Part shown: in pieces, positions 1 to 12,125 of the stretch
How positions within the stretch are numbered: position 1 is the stretch's first letter
How the letters are laid out: each line of letters opens with the position of its first letter
Source of the DNA: Podarcis filfolensis
Taxonomy: Eukaryota
Reading direction: 5' to 3' (one strand)
Assembly (NCBI GenBank): GCA_964270895.1
Contig: OZ185436.1
Length of the DNA: 64,000 nucleotides
Translations under genes and position numbers: made by a program
The notes under the pieces: generated by a model
What the model was told of the DNA's origin: nothing
Databases searched by the model: none
The model's input: only the letters and a program-made list of their open reading frames with translations

Positions 1-864
1 GATTGCCTGTGTAGGGTGTAGATGAGAAGAAACTGAAAACCTTCAGCACACACATCTACATTTGGAAGTGTCTTCTGCTTGCACCAGTGGGATCAATTCA
101 AGCTGTTATCAAATTCCTGCCTTTTTGATCCAGTAATACCTTTCCATTCAAGTAAGACATATCTCTGCAGACTAGGGCAGATTAGAATAAAAAGATATAC
201 TTGGGAATCATATCCTGGGAATGGCCCATGTTGTGTATTCTATAGAAATAAAAACTGTCCTTTCTAAATAATTATATAGAATACACACCCACATCCAACA
301 AGCAATTATACAAGTGGAAAGAAATCCTAACTGACAATACCGTGCTTCCACTATGGAGTTTAATTATATGTGAAACCTTATCATATATCTTTCACTGGCA
401 TATAGCAACAGCATCACTACTGTTGTTTAAGGCCCTGCATCAGTGTTTACCAGAATAAGACTATGCATACCTTTGCAAAGTAAAGCAGTTGAGAGAGCAA
501 AAGAAAAAGAACCAAGAGAAGTCGTACTAATGATTAAACAAATCAGACTTTAAAAGCATTATTTGGCTGGGCAAACAAGGCAGTTGGGTGTCTTTGAATT
601 TATGATGCTTCAGCAGTATTCAGTTTATATTAGATTTGCAGCCGGCACTGACTGTTAAAGGAAGCAAAAGGATGCAGAAAATGTGGTATTTGCAGGGTGC
701 TTCATGAGACAGAAGCTGGCCTATTGATGTTAATGGACTTTTTTGCAATTTTTAGTTTGCTAGAAGAGAAGCAGGGTGAAGACTGACACGCAAAGATTAG
801 GAAGCAGCAGGAAGCTTCTTTTAAAAGGATAAAAATGGGCATTTTTGCATTCACCAGCACTTAC
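1..864 (-). other. PPP2R2B: Start of the downstream PPP2R2B intron
   Basis: Begins with the GTAAGT donor at plus-strand 859-864. Confidence 0.8.
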
Positions 865-962
865 CTCCTGCTCACGCTGAAATATTACAACGCGACCCCC
901 CTTGTCCCCTGTCGCTAGTAATTCTCCTGTGTGGTTGAATTCTACTGTAGAGATAATGTCAG
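865..962 (-). CDS. PPP2R2B: Coding exon of PP2A regulatory subunit B55-beta (start of the WD40 propeller)
   Basis: Minus strand reads tttcttttcag|CT GAC ATT ATC...CAG GAG|gtaagt and translates (A)[32 protein letters not shown]. 98 bp, phase 1 in and phase 0 out. NHTGE plus QREQE matches B55-beta rather than the recalled alpha (NHSGE, QQEQE), gamma (QREPE) or delta (NYSGD) sequences. Confidence 0.95.
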
Positions 963-1000
963 CTGAAAAGAAAAAGACAAAGGCAATTTAAGTTAACTGC
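963..1000 (-). promoter_or_regulatory. 3' splice site of the PPP2R2B exon: branch-point candidate, polypyrimidine tract and AG
   Basis: Minus strand gcagTTAACttaaattgcctttgtctttttcttttcAG; the AG is plus-strand 963-964. Confidence 0.85.
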
Positions 1001-2286
1001 AAACTGGCTTTGCACAGGCATCTAAAGGCTTCGTTGCCTATATGGTTACAGGAACAACCACCGTCAGGGCTTTGCCTCCCCTGTGGAATTTCTATGGAGC
1101 AGTTGGATGTTCTATTATACTTGAATATCATAAAGCGAATTCATAGACATTGTAAGCAAAGAATTGTCAAGATTTAAAAATCCATATGAGCACTTCAAAT
1201 AGTCAGCCATTACACTCTTGCTTTTGTCACCAACATAAATGGCTGGAATGTTTACACCGGCTGGGGGATGGTGTGTGGGAAAAGCACGAGTCTTTACAAA
1301 TAGCATCTCATGAGGGCTGGCCAGTGGTGCAATCTCCAGGTCCCATGTGATTTATGGGATGAAGCAGCCTTGCTGCAGGAGAGGGGGAAATAACCTAGCT
1401 GGATGGTCTGTTAAACATTATTCTTTATTAATTTTCAAGTGATGTACAGCAATCTAGGGAGGTGTGCACTCTTATTGCTTGAAAGGGGGAGTGTACAATG
1501 TCATCTTCCAAAGAGAAGGCAAGGATCACTGGATGTTGCAGCAAACTAAGAAGGTAAACACTTTTTTGCTTGTTTTAAAGGCTACAATAATGTTCCTGCT
1601 ATCAGAGTTGGAATCCTTGGTTTCTAAAGAAGTTTTTAAAAATTCATTACATAAAACATTGACAACATGGTACTGGAAATACCCGGGAAGTCACAGGCAC
1701 TATCAGAAATGGCACCTGAGGTTACTACAACTGCATTCCACGCTGTAGTCACAGTGATAACCAACATGCCGGTTGAAGGCCAATCTGCATTTTTCTAGTT
1801 ACTGCTGCTTGACAGAATGCAGTGTCCCTGTGACAAAAGTGCTTTCCAAGGAAAAAATATCAGCATCTCTCATAATAACAGAGTAAAAGTTGCATGTTTA
1901 TTCTGCTTTAAAAATGTCTAGAAAAATGTTGTCTCCTCCAGCAAGTATCTGCCAAACGTCAAACTTTGGAACCACAGTGTGAAATGGGATGATGTGCCAG
2001 TTATCACTGCCACTCACTTAGATCCTCAGGAAGCAGCAATAGGTAAATACCACCTGAGATACTATTCATTAGCGCTCTCTGTATTCCATCATCACCTAGA
2101 TTCACTCCAATATAATCTTCCCTTAACAATCACACTGTCTAGTATAACGGATTCAAAACCACAGAGAATCTACACTGACATGAAATCTTTTGATTAAACT
2201 TCTATTAATTACAGAGTAAAAACACACACCATTTTTTCATTCTGAATGTTCATGTCAATAGTGAACAAAGAATATTTTTGTTCATT

Positions 2287-2290
<4 letters not shown>

Positions 2291-2320
<30 letters not shown>
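2291..2320. repeat. (CA)n microsatellite
   Basis: Perfect CA run following ATTC units. Confidence 0.95.
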
Positions 2321-2323
<3 letters not shown>

Positions 2324-2328
2324 ATACA

Positions 2329-2500
2329 CAGTGCTTTTTTCTAAGAACAATGTTTAGGGGTACCCTCGTTTTGACTAAAGAAAATCACCATTTATAGTTC
2401 AAATTGGGGAAAATAAATACAGTAAATGGACAAAAGTACAAAGATTCACAAAATGTTTAGGGGTATGCATCCCCCAGCGTCCCCCCAGAAAAAAGCACTG
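2329..2500. mobile_element. Non-autonomous hAT-like MITE (TIR CAGTGCTTTTTT(T)CT)
   Basis: Starts cagtgctttttttct and ends agaaaaaagcactg. Flanks cgtataca/catatatg are a possible decayed 8-bp TSD. Same family as 49272-49418, opposite orientation. Confidence 0.8.
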
Positions 2501-4399
2501 CATATATGTATATATATATATCTCCCAATGGGAAGGGCATGCGGTGTTAGCAGAGTGAGGAAAGCATATGTTCCTTTCAGCCTCTTCCCTGCTCCCCTCC
2601 CCGAAATAATTCTGCCCACAGGGCCACAGCCTGGAAGGAGTAGGGGTGCCCAGGTGGTTGGCTCCCCTGCTCAGCCTCAGCCTTAGGAAAGGGGCCAGAG
2701 CTAAGGGGACACCAGTAGTGGGAAGAAATGAGGTTGAAGCATCAAGGGAGGAAGACAAATGACAAAGTGCATGGGAAGGAGGGCACAAGGGCCTCTCACC
2801 CGGGGCTCCCCCGAAACCTGGAGCCAGTCATGAAATTCATCCCCTTCAAATACAAATGTACAGTAAACCACCAAACTGAAATGTGTTTCCTCAGCAAATG
2901 AGCCCATGCCTCGTGGCTGGGTCGGCCCTGAATAAGATCTACATTAGGATCTGCTGCCTAAGTGGATCCTGCTGAGTTTAATGGGATTTACTCCCTACTA
3001 AGTGTGTGTGTGTTAGGTGTGCTGCCTAAACTACACATGCCATACATGTGTAGTTATATTTTCTGCAGCCCACAGGGATATGTTTCAACATTTACAGCTC
3101 CAAGGCGACCACCTCCCAAACCCACCCCTATAACGCAATTTCTGGAAGCATTATGTTATTTAATAATATTCAAACTCTCTGAAGTGAAATATAATGGAAT
3201 ATACATTTAACTAAAATACAGTAGAGAGGTGCTTGGGCAGAGAATGATTTGACTTACAAATGCTGTCCCTTTCAAAAGGTGGAAGAAAGGAGTGTTTACA
3301 CTGCATCAAGGTAAGCGGGTAACCTGCTGATGAGTGGATTTATCAGGGCTATTCTTAGGAAAATATGTCAGGGGTTAATTCCATTGCAATTACTCCCTGT
3401 CTTCAGCAACTGCATCTGAGTGCAGTTTTCAGTGAATGCAAAGCACAACTAGAGAGGGAGAAAAATGGCTTCCAACATAGCAGTATTGCTAGCTAAGGGC
3501 TTCTTTTATAAAATGAAGGCTTTTACACATTTTTAGCTTCTGGCATCCATTTTCATTGTGTGTTAGGGAGCAGGTTTTATGGTGTCATGGGCTTCTTTCA
3601 GCACCCAATTTACATTTGCTCCCTTCCAAGTTATATCTAACAAAAATAAAGACACAGCTATCAGGACCTTGTTTCAAGGTACACCGCCAACCCAGGCATC
3701 TTTTCCTTTCTTCCTCAGAATGTCTAGTGTAACACAGATGTGTGATGTAGAACCATCATATTGGGTGCTAGAGGCACAGCAGAATGATGTCATTTTACAT
3801 AGTGAAATGGGACATTACAAGAAAGCCATGTGGAGTGGATGCCTCATAAAGTCTCATCTTGTCCTCAGAAATCTGGGGAAGCAAAGAGGTGGTATGTTTT
3901 GTCTCCACAAGGTATGATAGTAACAGACAACTGGCCTCCCACATGGTTACATCCTACTATATAGTAAACTCCACCTGATAAATTGTAATCTGTGTTCGTT
4001 GCCATTGTGAGTTCCATTTAGCCCAAATGCATGTTGATTTGCGCTTTTAAGAGCCTGTGACCCCACTCTCCATGGATCCAGTCACTCTCTATGCAAGAAA
4101 CTTACTCCTCACATATACTCCCCCCCACACCATGCCTGCTGGGCCATGAACATCCAGATGGCATTAGGCAGGTGAATAATGAGTTCCATGCTGCCTCTAT
4201 TAATATTTGCACAATTTTCTCCATATTGCCCTGTCTCTTCAGCACTAAGCATATTTACCAAGACATGAATGCTTTCTGAAGTTTGTCTTAACTAATTTAT
4301 AGCACTTGCTTGCTGTGAATAGATTTAGGAAGACAATTTCATTGTAGACAGGGCTGTGACAACAGCTGAGAAACCCACAAGGGCTGCAGTGGAATTTAT

Positions 4400-5315
4400 A
4401 TTCTTCTCTTCTTATTATTATTTGGCGATTACTCATAGCCGAGTAAGATTGTCTTCCATGAACATGGTCTTAACAGTAAGTCCGTAAGTGACTGTGGAGG
4501 CCATCATGTCCTTCCACAGTGGGGACATAGGTTTCTGGGCAGGAGTTGATCACAGTGAGGGTTTGCCAAACATTCAGCGTTCCATTGTCTTCAAGGTCCA
4601 CAACACCTTCAGTAAAGGCTGTTCTGTAAATGGTGTGCTCGCAGGCAAGTGTTTCTCAATTGTCAGTGTTTATACTACATTTTTTAAGATTTGCCTTGAG
4701 AGAGTCTTTAAACCGCTTTTGTTGACCACCAGCATTACACTTTCCATTTTTAAGCTTGGAATATTTTAAAGTTCAGATTATTGTTTAGAGGACTATAATC
4801 AGCCATCCAAACAACACGACCAGTTGTTTGTTGAAGAATCAATGCTTTGACACTGGTGATCTTTGCTTCTTCCAGTACACTGGCATTAGTTCACCTGCCT
4901 TCTCAAGTGATATATAATTTTTTTCCGGAGACATCATTGATGGAATCTTTTGAGGAGCTGGAGATGGTATTTCTAAGTAGTCAATGTTTCACAAGCATAC
5001 AGTAAGGTTGGTAGTACAATAGCTTTGTAAATATGTATTTTGGTTTTCCTGGTCCTCAAACATGCTATGCTTTAATCACTGAGTTGGATTAGTGGCGCTG
5101 CAGAGGGGTTGTTTTGTGCTTGTTGGTGCAGCACTTTGTTTTTTGGGATGTTGAGTGATAGGCCAAGCTTTTTGTAAGCTTCTGCGAAGATTTTTAGGAT
5201 GGTTTGTAGGTCATCTTCTGAGTGTGCACACACTATGTTGTCATCAGCATACTGAAGCTCTAAAGACAGAAGTTATGGTAACCTTACTCTTTGCTTTCAG
5301 CCTACTCAACAGTAT
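4400..5315 (-). mobile_element. RTE-clade LINE, 5'-truncated and degenerate (RT C-terminal half and 3' end)
   Basis: Minus strand encodes ELQYADDNIVCAHSEDDLQTILKIFAEAYKKLGLSL (YADD motif at 5240-5254), YKAIVLPTLLYACET and a terminal CPHCGRT..LHSHLRT motif, followed by a short A/T-rich tail near 4400-4425. Frameshifts and stops are present. Confidence 0.88.
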
Positions 5316-6850
5316 TCTTCATATCCCTAAAGGAGATGTAAAAGACATCACTGCACTGGCTGTTAGTAGCTTGCTTACTTTAGAGGATTTAGCACTGACC
5401 TGCAAAGAGCTAGTCATTCTGGAGAGCTAGCAATAACCACACCAATCTTGCAACTGCACTATTTATTAACAGAAGTAAAATGTTTCAAGGTGAAGTGTGA
5501 GAGCACACACAGGTTAATGACTTGGGGTTTGCAATACCAATACAGAATGGAAAGAATTAATAATACTGCATGTTACACAGTATTAACTACAAACACCCCC
5601 CCCCCACTGCCTGGACCTTTTGCCTGGGAGTGGGAGAGCTAGAGGCAGAGAGATGACTTATGTAAGAGTAGGAGGCTAAACCTTATAGGCTCAGCTTTGT
5701 TATGAAGAAAGAAAAGGAACCAGGAAGGTGGGAGAAGGTTTCATACAAAACACGCAGTTTCCCAGTCCCACAAGAGCAAAAGAGGATTGGAAAAATGAAG
5801 AAAACAGAAACAAGTAAAGGAGTTGAAATTGAAGCAACACCATCTAATGTTCTTCTTAACTTTTCACTGAAACAATACATGCAGAACTGCAGATAGCTTT
5901 CCATGCTTTAACAAGGACTTATCATTTTAGGCAATTCTTCCACCTGCCAAGAGTGGATGCCTCCATTCAGGCTGGCCAGTAACCTGAACCCCATGGCAAG
6001 GCAACTCACCTTTCTCTACAACCATTGTGGCTCCAAGGATTCCTGTGAACTCACCAAGTATTCTTCTTTGCCTGTACCTCTCCACAAGGATTCCTGACTA
6101 GGAAAACAACAAACATGGCGCAGAGGCAAGGGGGCAAGGCCACGAGTTGGCATGGAAGGGAACTACTTAAAGTTAAAGAGAGAAAGATGCCAGCTGCCTC
6201 AGCCATCAATGGGACTATGGTATCTAAAAAGGGCAGTGCAGAGTAGTCTTCAATACTAACCCCCAAAAACCGACTAAATTGGGAGTGCAACCCCAAATAT
6301 TTGAAAGGCCTCACTCTGAATCTCAAACAGCTTTTCCTAAAAGGTCCAGGCTGGACATGAGCATCATTGCACAACAAAAGACACAGGTGGCGAGTTTCCT
6401 GGCTTAGCTTCAGTCATACAAGCTAAAAGCCCTGCCAGAGTGCTAAACACAAGTCAGATATTTGTCCCTACATCTCAAATCTTATTTTAATAAAGTCATC
6501 TGGTCCTTGCTAAAAAACATAGAAGCTTAGATCTGTCTGGAAATACAAAAAAGTCGCTTTGGTCTAATTACGATAGGATATGAATTCATTTATAAGGTAT
6601 AATTAATTAGCAAACTTGAGGTGCTGCTTGCATTAGATCAGCAGTTACTTGGATCAGTTCTGGCTTGTACCCAAGGTGCTTCCCCCATTTTAACCCAATG
6701 ATGCTCTCAGTGCTTAGACACTAAAAGATTTCTGGGGCAGAGACAGAGTACGAAACTCCTCTGCAACACAGGGGCCAATAAAATAGAGGGGGGAAACCCA
6801 ACCAATTCTTTGGCCTGTTACACCAGGAAAGATTGGATGGGAGACACCAA

Positions 6851-7078
6851 GGGTTGCATTCAACACGCATTTTGTGCTAGTGCAAGCATTAGCACTGACC
6901 CAAGGCGATTTCCGCCCCTCTTCCTTCTAAGCATGCTTCAAGCCATCCCCAAATCTGCTCTGAATGTTTTGGGGAACCTCCAGGACATAGGGGAGGAAGG
7001 GGAAGAAAGTTCAATCATGCAAGGAAAAATGGTTGCGTTGGTGGAATGTTCACCTTAGCACTACGTTGATTGCAACCC
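6851..7078. mobile_element. MITE-like element with 14-bp terminal inverted repeats
   Basis: gggttgcattcaac ... gttgattgcaaccc (13/14 inverted match). The internal ccccaaatctgctctg motif resembles 61429-61452. Confidence 0.6.
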
Positions 7079-8211
7079 CCAAGTGACTGAGCCCCCCCCC
7101 CCCCTTTTCAGGAGATGAGCATCTAAGTACACAATCCCAAGAGCGGCAGAGGTGGCCTTTCTTTCCTTGGCTAGTTGGAAAAATATCCTCTATTCTTCTA
7201 AGTGGCATCTGTCAGTGTTTAAAATTGCAAAGACACTCCTAAGCTGCTGCTTGTTCATTTTTAGGGTTAACTTGTGTCACTGGAATGCACTACAGTCTGA
7301 TCCTGATTGTCACCTGCTACTTCAAACCAGCCTTCATTTAAAGGCCAATGCAGTGTGCAATATTAATTCGAATTCATAATGCTATTTGCACGATCGGTAT
7401 ATATAATTCATGACTCTTCTTCACGAGAAGACTCCAGCAGCAGATTTGTGGCAACAGAGGAAAAAAACTAAGATTCCCCCCCCCCCCGCCGCCCCATCCC
7501 TTTTACTTGCTTTCCTACACATGCAGTGCCTGGAGAGTGCGGAATTCAACGAAAACAGTTTCCATGGTGATCCTTCTTTTCTCCATGAGGCAGATGATGC
7601 CAGCCCGTACTTCTCTCTCTTCTGAAGTACATTAATGCTCTTTATTGCTTTAATGCTAAATATACTGAAGATTGGATTTCATTTCCTCAGGAGTAATACC
7701 ATTTTTATTGGGGGGGGGGGAGGAATGGAAAGCAAGAAGCAGACACAGAACTCAGCATGAAAAATGTCATCTTTTCATTTCAGGCAAAAAAATATATACA
7801 CCAAACGGATGGCCCACCCACAGACTAGCTTGAGGTGGCAATGTAGGTGGGGCTACATCTGGATTGCCATGGAGAGATAAAATTCCTCATCTTTTTCATA
7901 TCGCCTGCAAACAGGTCTGAACTGAAATGGGTGGATACTGAAAATGTTTTTGCCCCCTGGTGTAATGCTTTCATCATGGGTGGGTGGGCAGGGTCTTGAA
8001 ATAGTGTAAAAAAGGAGGGGTGGCATTTCATTTTCATATAGGGCTTGCCATATTCCAGTTCACCAAATCTGACAGCCTAATATTATGGGTTGGGAAAGTG
8101 TTTGAGTGCGCGCGCACACACACCCCTGCTGATTTCCCACTTCATATCATTCCTTTCAAAGTTGTTTCATGGGAAGGAAACAGGTGGTTGAAATTCTGCA
8201 GATACTTTTGT

Positions 8212-8465
8212 AGAAGAAGAGAAGAAGAGTTTGGATTTGATATCCTGCTTTATCACTACCCTAAGGAGTCTCAAAGCAGCAATCAATCTCCTTTCCCTTC
8301 CTCCCCCACAACAAACACTCTGTGAGGTGAGTGGGGCTGAGAGACTTCAGAGAAGTTTGACTGGCCCAAGGTCACCCAGCAGCTGCATGTGGAGGAGTGG
8401 AGACGCGAACCCGGTTCCCCAGATTACGAGACTACCGCTCTTAACCACTACACCACACTGGCTCC
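8212..8465 (-). mobile_element. tRNA-derived SINE, Squam3-like, near full length
   Basis: Minus strand starts gagccagtgtggtgtagtggttaag (A box), has gggttcgcgtctcc (B-box-like) and ends aaatccaaactcttcttc with a (CTT)n tail. Confidence 0.85.
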
Positions 8466-8831
8466 CTAGCGTGCATTTTGAAATGTACATTATGAGAACT
8501 GCCTTTCGTAAAAAAAAAAAAAAATCCTAGCCGCAAGCCTATGAACTGTTTCTGACAGCAACACTACTGAACACAGTAGACTTTATTTCTCTGAAAACAC
8601 CTATAGGGTTGTACTTTTAATCTTAAAAAAGAAAAGAATAACCCTCAACTCACCTGCAAAGGCTGCAGAATCATAACATCTCCTTCCTTTTCTTATGCCT
8701 GGAAATTACTTATTTTCCTTTCTGTATACAGTTTTGTTTTGTTGTCAGTCTTAACACTTACATGTTGGAATTTTATCTCTAATACTGTTGTAAAATAATC
8801 ATCATTAAGTTACACAAACTTTCCCTAAGAC

Positions 8832-9424
8832 CAGGAATGGGAAACCTGTGACCCTCTTAATGATGAGGGTGACTGGGAGCAGCCACCGGGACCATTTAAC
8901 ACCAATCCTAAAGGATCGGCATTGGCTCCCAGTACGTTTCTGAGCACAATTCAAAGTGTTGGTGCTGACCTTTAAAGCCCTAAACAGCCTCAGCCCAGTA
9001 TACCTGAAGGAGCATCTCCACCTCCATTGATCAGCCTGGACACTGAGGTCCAGCTCCAAGGGCCTTCTGGTGGTTCCCTCACTGAGATAAATTACAGGGA
9101 ACCAGGCAGAGGGCCTTCTTGGTAGTGGCACCCTCCCTGTGGAACACCCTCCCATCAGATGTCAAGGAGATAAAGAACGGTACAACTTTTAGAGGACATC
9201 TGAAGGCAGCCCTGTATCAGGAAGTTTTTAATGCTTGACATTTTGCTGTGCTTTCATTATGCTGGAAGCCACACACAGTGGCTGGGGCAATACAGTCAGA
9301 TGGGTGGAGGTAAGAAATTGTTGTTGCTATTGTTGGACCCCCATCAGTCTTAGTCAACATGGTGAATGTTCAGGGATGGTGATAGTCCAGAAACATCTTG
9401 AGGGCCATAGGCTCCCTGCCCCTG
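8832..9424. mobile_element. hAT-type palindromic MITE split by an L2 insertion (arms 8832-8865 and about 9330-9424)
   Basis: Left arm caggaatgggaaacctgtgaccctc; right arm ...gagggccataggctccctgcccctg. Matches the intact family member at 52528-52659. Confidence 0.7.
8866..9330 (+). mobile_element. L2 LINE 3' end
   Basis: Encodes RVTGSSHRDHLTPILKDRHWLPVRF*AQFKVLVLTFKALNSLSPVYLKEHL (L2 ORF2 C-terminus), followed by a 3' UTR and a (TTG)-like tail. Confidence 0.88.
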
Positions 9425-9479
9425 CATTATTGGACAGTTGAAGCTTGGGGGCAGGGTGGGGGTGGCTGTGGAGTCCTCC

Positions 9480-9654
9480 CAGTGGAGGCAGCTCTATACT
9501 CGGGGGTGGGGGGGGCAAGACAATGGCAAGGTCAGGAGAGCCTGCATTTATGTGTGCACCTGTGGGGCAACTGCTGTGGGGCTGCCTCAAACTTGCCACT
9601 TCTACCCTGCCCTGCCCCATCCCTATGCCAAAAAGTACAGCGCTGCCACCTCTG
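9480..9654. mobile_element. GC-rich MITE-like element with about 21-bp imperfect inverted ends
   Basis: cagtggaggcagctctatact versus the reverse complement of the right end, cagaggtggcagcgctgtact (17/21). No TSD seen. Confidence 0.5.
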
Positions 9655-11989
9655 GATTGTGAGTCAGGAATCCTACTCACCAATAGATTTGTCATTAACA
9701 TGGTGGAAGCCGAGGCCTTTCTGGGGGAAAGTCCTCATTGACTAGGTATAGTCAATGCAACATGCATTCTCTTTAACAATCCTTAGGCAACAGAGACTGT
9801 GGAATCTCCTTCCAGAGAGGCAGCTATCAGGCAAATTTCAAAGATAGGTTTCAGATGTCACAGAGAAACAAGAGGAGTGGAGGCATTCACAATTCTTCTG
9901 GTGCTTATAGAATAGGAACTTTCCCTGGGAAAGAAAGAGGTGCCTTTGCACATGAAGTTTACTCATATCACTATGGAGAAAGGATGGAGGAGTTCTACTT
10001 TGGACACAGAGCATGAATCACTTGCCAGCTCTATTTCATGGTGACTGAGACTGCTCTTCTGGATGAACTGGATTCTACAGAAAACTTCTGTTGCAAAGTA
10101 ACTCCCAGACAGGTTTCAAAGTTCTCATCTTATCTTTGAACTCCGTAACAGCTGCGGACTTTGCTAATATGGCACCCGGAGTGAGGACAAAATCCCCCCC
10201 CCCCAATTTCTTATTTTCACAGTAATTCCTTTTGGTACAGTTGCCTTTTTTATGAATCTTCTCAATAGGTACCCATATAAATATAGGCTTATTATTATTA
10301 TTATTATGCATTCCCTCATCTTGGCATCCTGTGTGGGGGACCAGCTGCACCATCCTAAATCCAGCACTGACCATAAATAAGGATTCCAACCCTGCAGCTG
10401 ATAAATTGAGAAGTACCATTTAAAAAAGCCCCCAGGAAACCTCAGGGCTGCCAAATGATGAAGGATTTAGATCATTCAAATCCCAAGCTATGAGTTGTCA
10501 AATCCAGTTTAATGCTGATAAGTGTGGGATAATAACTCATTGCACATCCCCTCTCTAAGCCCACCAAACAGAAAAAGGACAACAGATTTATTGAAGGAAT
10601 AGGGATGCTAGCACTGACCAGGCTGAGTGATTGTACAATAATCCTCAATGTCCCAGGCCTGCTGTGTGACTGTAATAAAGGCAGCCAATGGGATATTGCA
10701 GTGTTCCAGCAACCACGGAAGGGAATTTAAATCTAAGAGAGAGCTTCCGTGGTGTTTTGATGGATAAAATAAACACAAGGAGATAAAAGGGAAATTATAG
10801 GTATTGAGAGAATGGAAAGGAACAGCATTTGGGGCTGCTGGACCCTTGGCTTGATCCCCACAATTGACAGACACTTAGCATATACTTCTGGTCCCTAACA
10901 GTCATCTTAGAGACTGCAAGGGTGGGTGTAAGTGTACCCCTCCCCCCAAAAGACACCTCTGAAGAACTGTACCCAAAGACATTCAGTAGAAGCTTCTCTG
11001 TTGAGTTCATTAAAAAGTGAATATGTATCAAAAGGATACATATTCATTCTCTCATGCAAATCCTTTCTGAAAACCCATTTCTTTTAAAATAAAATCTGAT
11101 ATGTGCTCTAGGCCAGCAATACAGAACAAAGGCCAGCAGTTGAAAAATTATGTTTATGCTTCTGCAGAGAGATTGTGGAAATAACATTTCAGAGTCTGCC
11201 AGTCTAGAGACTGGATAAAAGGCCTCAGACGAACAGTTTCAAGTCTAGGCACAGCTCTGAACTACAGAGTAAGTTTTCAGGCTTTAGTCTGTAGCACTTT
11301 GCATCATGAGAAAGAGGATATGCTGCTCATCCTATCTCCTTTTGCAAGCATTTTCCCAAACGTGATTCTAGGCATCAGCAGTGGCCATTTAAAACAGGAA
11401 TTACATTAACAATTATCATAGTGAAACCAGCTATGCTATGATATGGATGGTCGCAAGTAAAACATAACAAAATGCAGTGTTATGTCTATCTATATCTGTT
11501 GAGTTGATGGCTGGGACATAGGAAACCAAACCATCTACAGGTAGGCTACCTGTGCAATGCCAGGGAGCTTTAGGAATCACTGGTAAGAGGTTAAAGGCAT
11601 TATACAGAAAAGGCAACCCAAAAAAGTCATTTACCAGCCATGGACAATAAGCAAAGAAGTATCTGCCCAAGATGAAGAGCACAGGAAGATAGGCCAAGTT
11701 GCACGACACCAGGGCCAACAAAGTCAAGAGTAGCTGTTGTCCAGTATCTAGGTAAAGCGATAGGTTTAGACTCAGAAATATTTATAACCAGGCTAGAAGA
11801 GGGAGAATTAATGGTCTGTCCAAAGTGGGACAACAGAACCATGCTGCAGCATGGACATCTTTATCCTTGACTGACACACCAAAAAGAGCATCAGTCCATA
11901 CGACTACAAGTCTCACCATTAAGGTTCCAGCACACCTTATATAGCCACAACTATATTTTCACAGTGTGTAATATAGGCATCTTTTTGAG

Positions 11990-12125
11990 CAGGCATCCCC
12001 CAACTTGGCCCTCCAGCTGTTTTGGGACTACACTTCCCATCATCCCTGACCACTGGTCCAGTTAGCTAGGGATGATGGGAGTTGTAGTCCCAAAACAGCT
12101 GGAGGGCCGAGTTTGGAGTTGCCTG
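11990..12125. mobile_element. hAT-type palindromic MITE
   Basis: Near-perfect hairpin (ccctccagctgttttgggactaca ... tgtagtcccaaaacagctggaggg); 8-bp TSD tttttgag/cttttgag. Confidence 0.9.

Noticed and set aside
8647-8700. Minus-strand CAG|GTGAGT donor as an alternative PPP2R2B exon
   Set aside because: No polypyrimidine acceptor, and the nearest ATGs give a stop or the wrong phase for the 962 acceptor.
9354-9745. Cluster of overlapping ORFs in several frames
   Set aside because: GC-rich MITE sequence has few stop codons; no protein similarity recognised.
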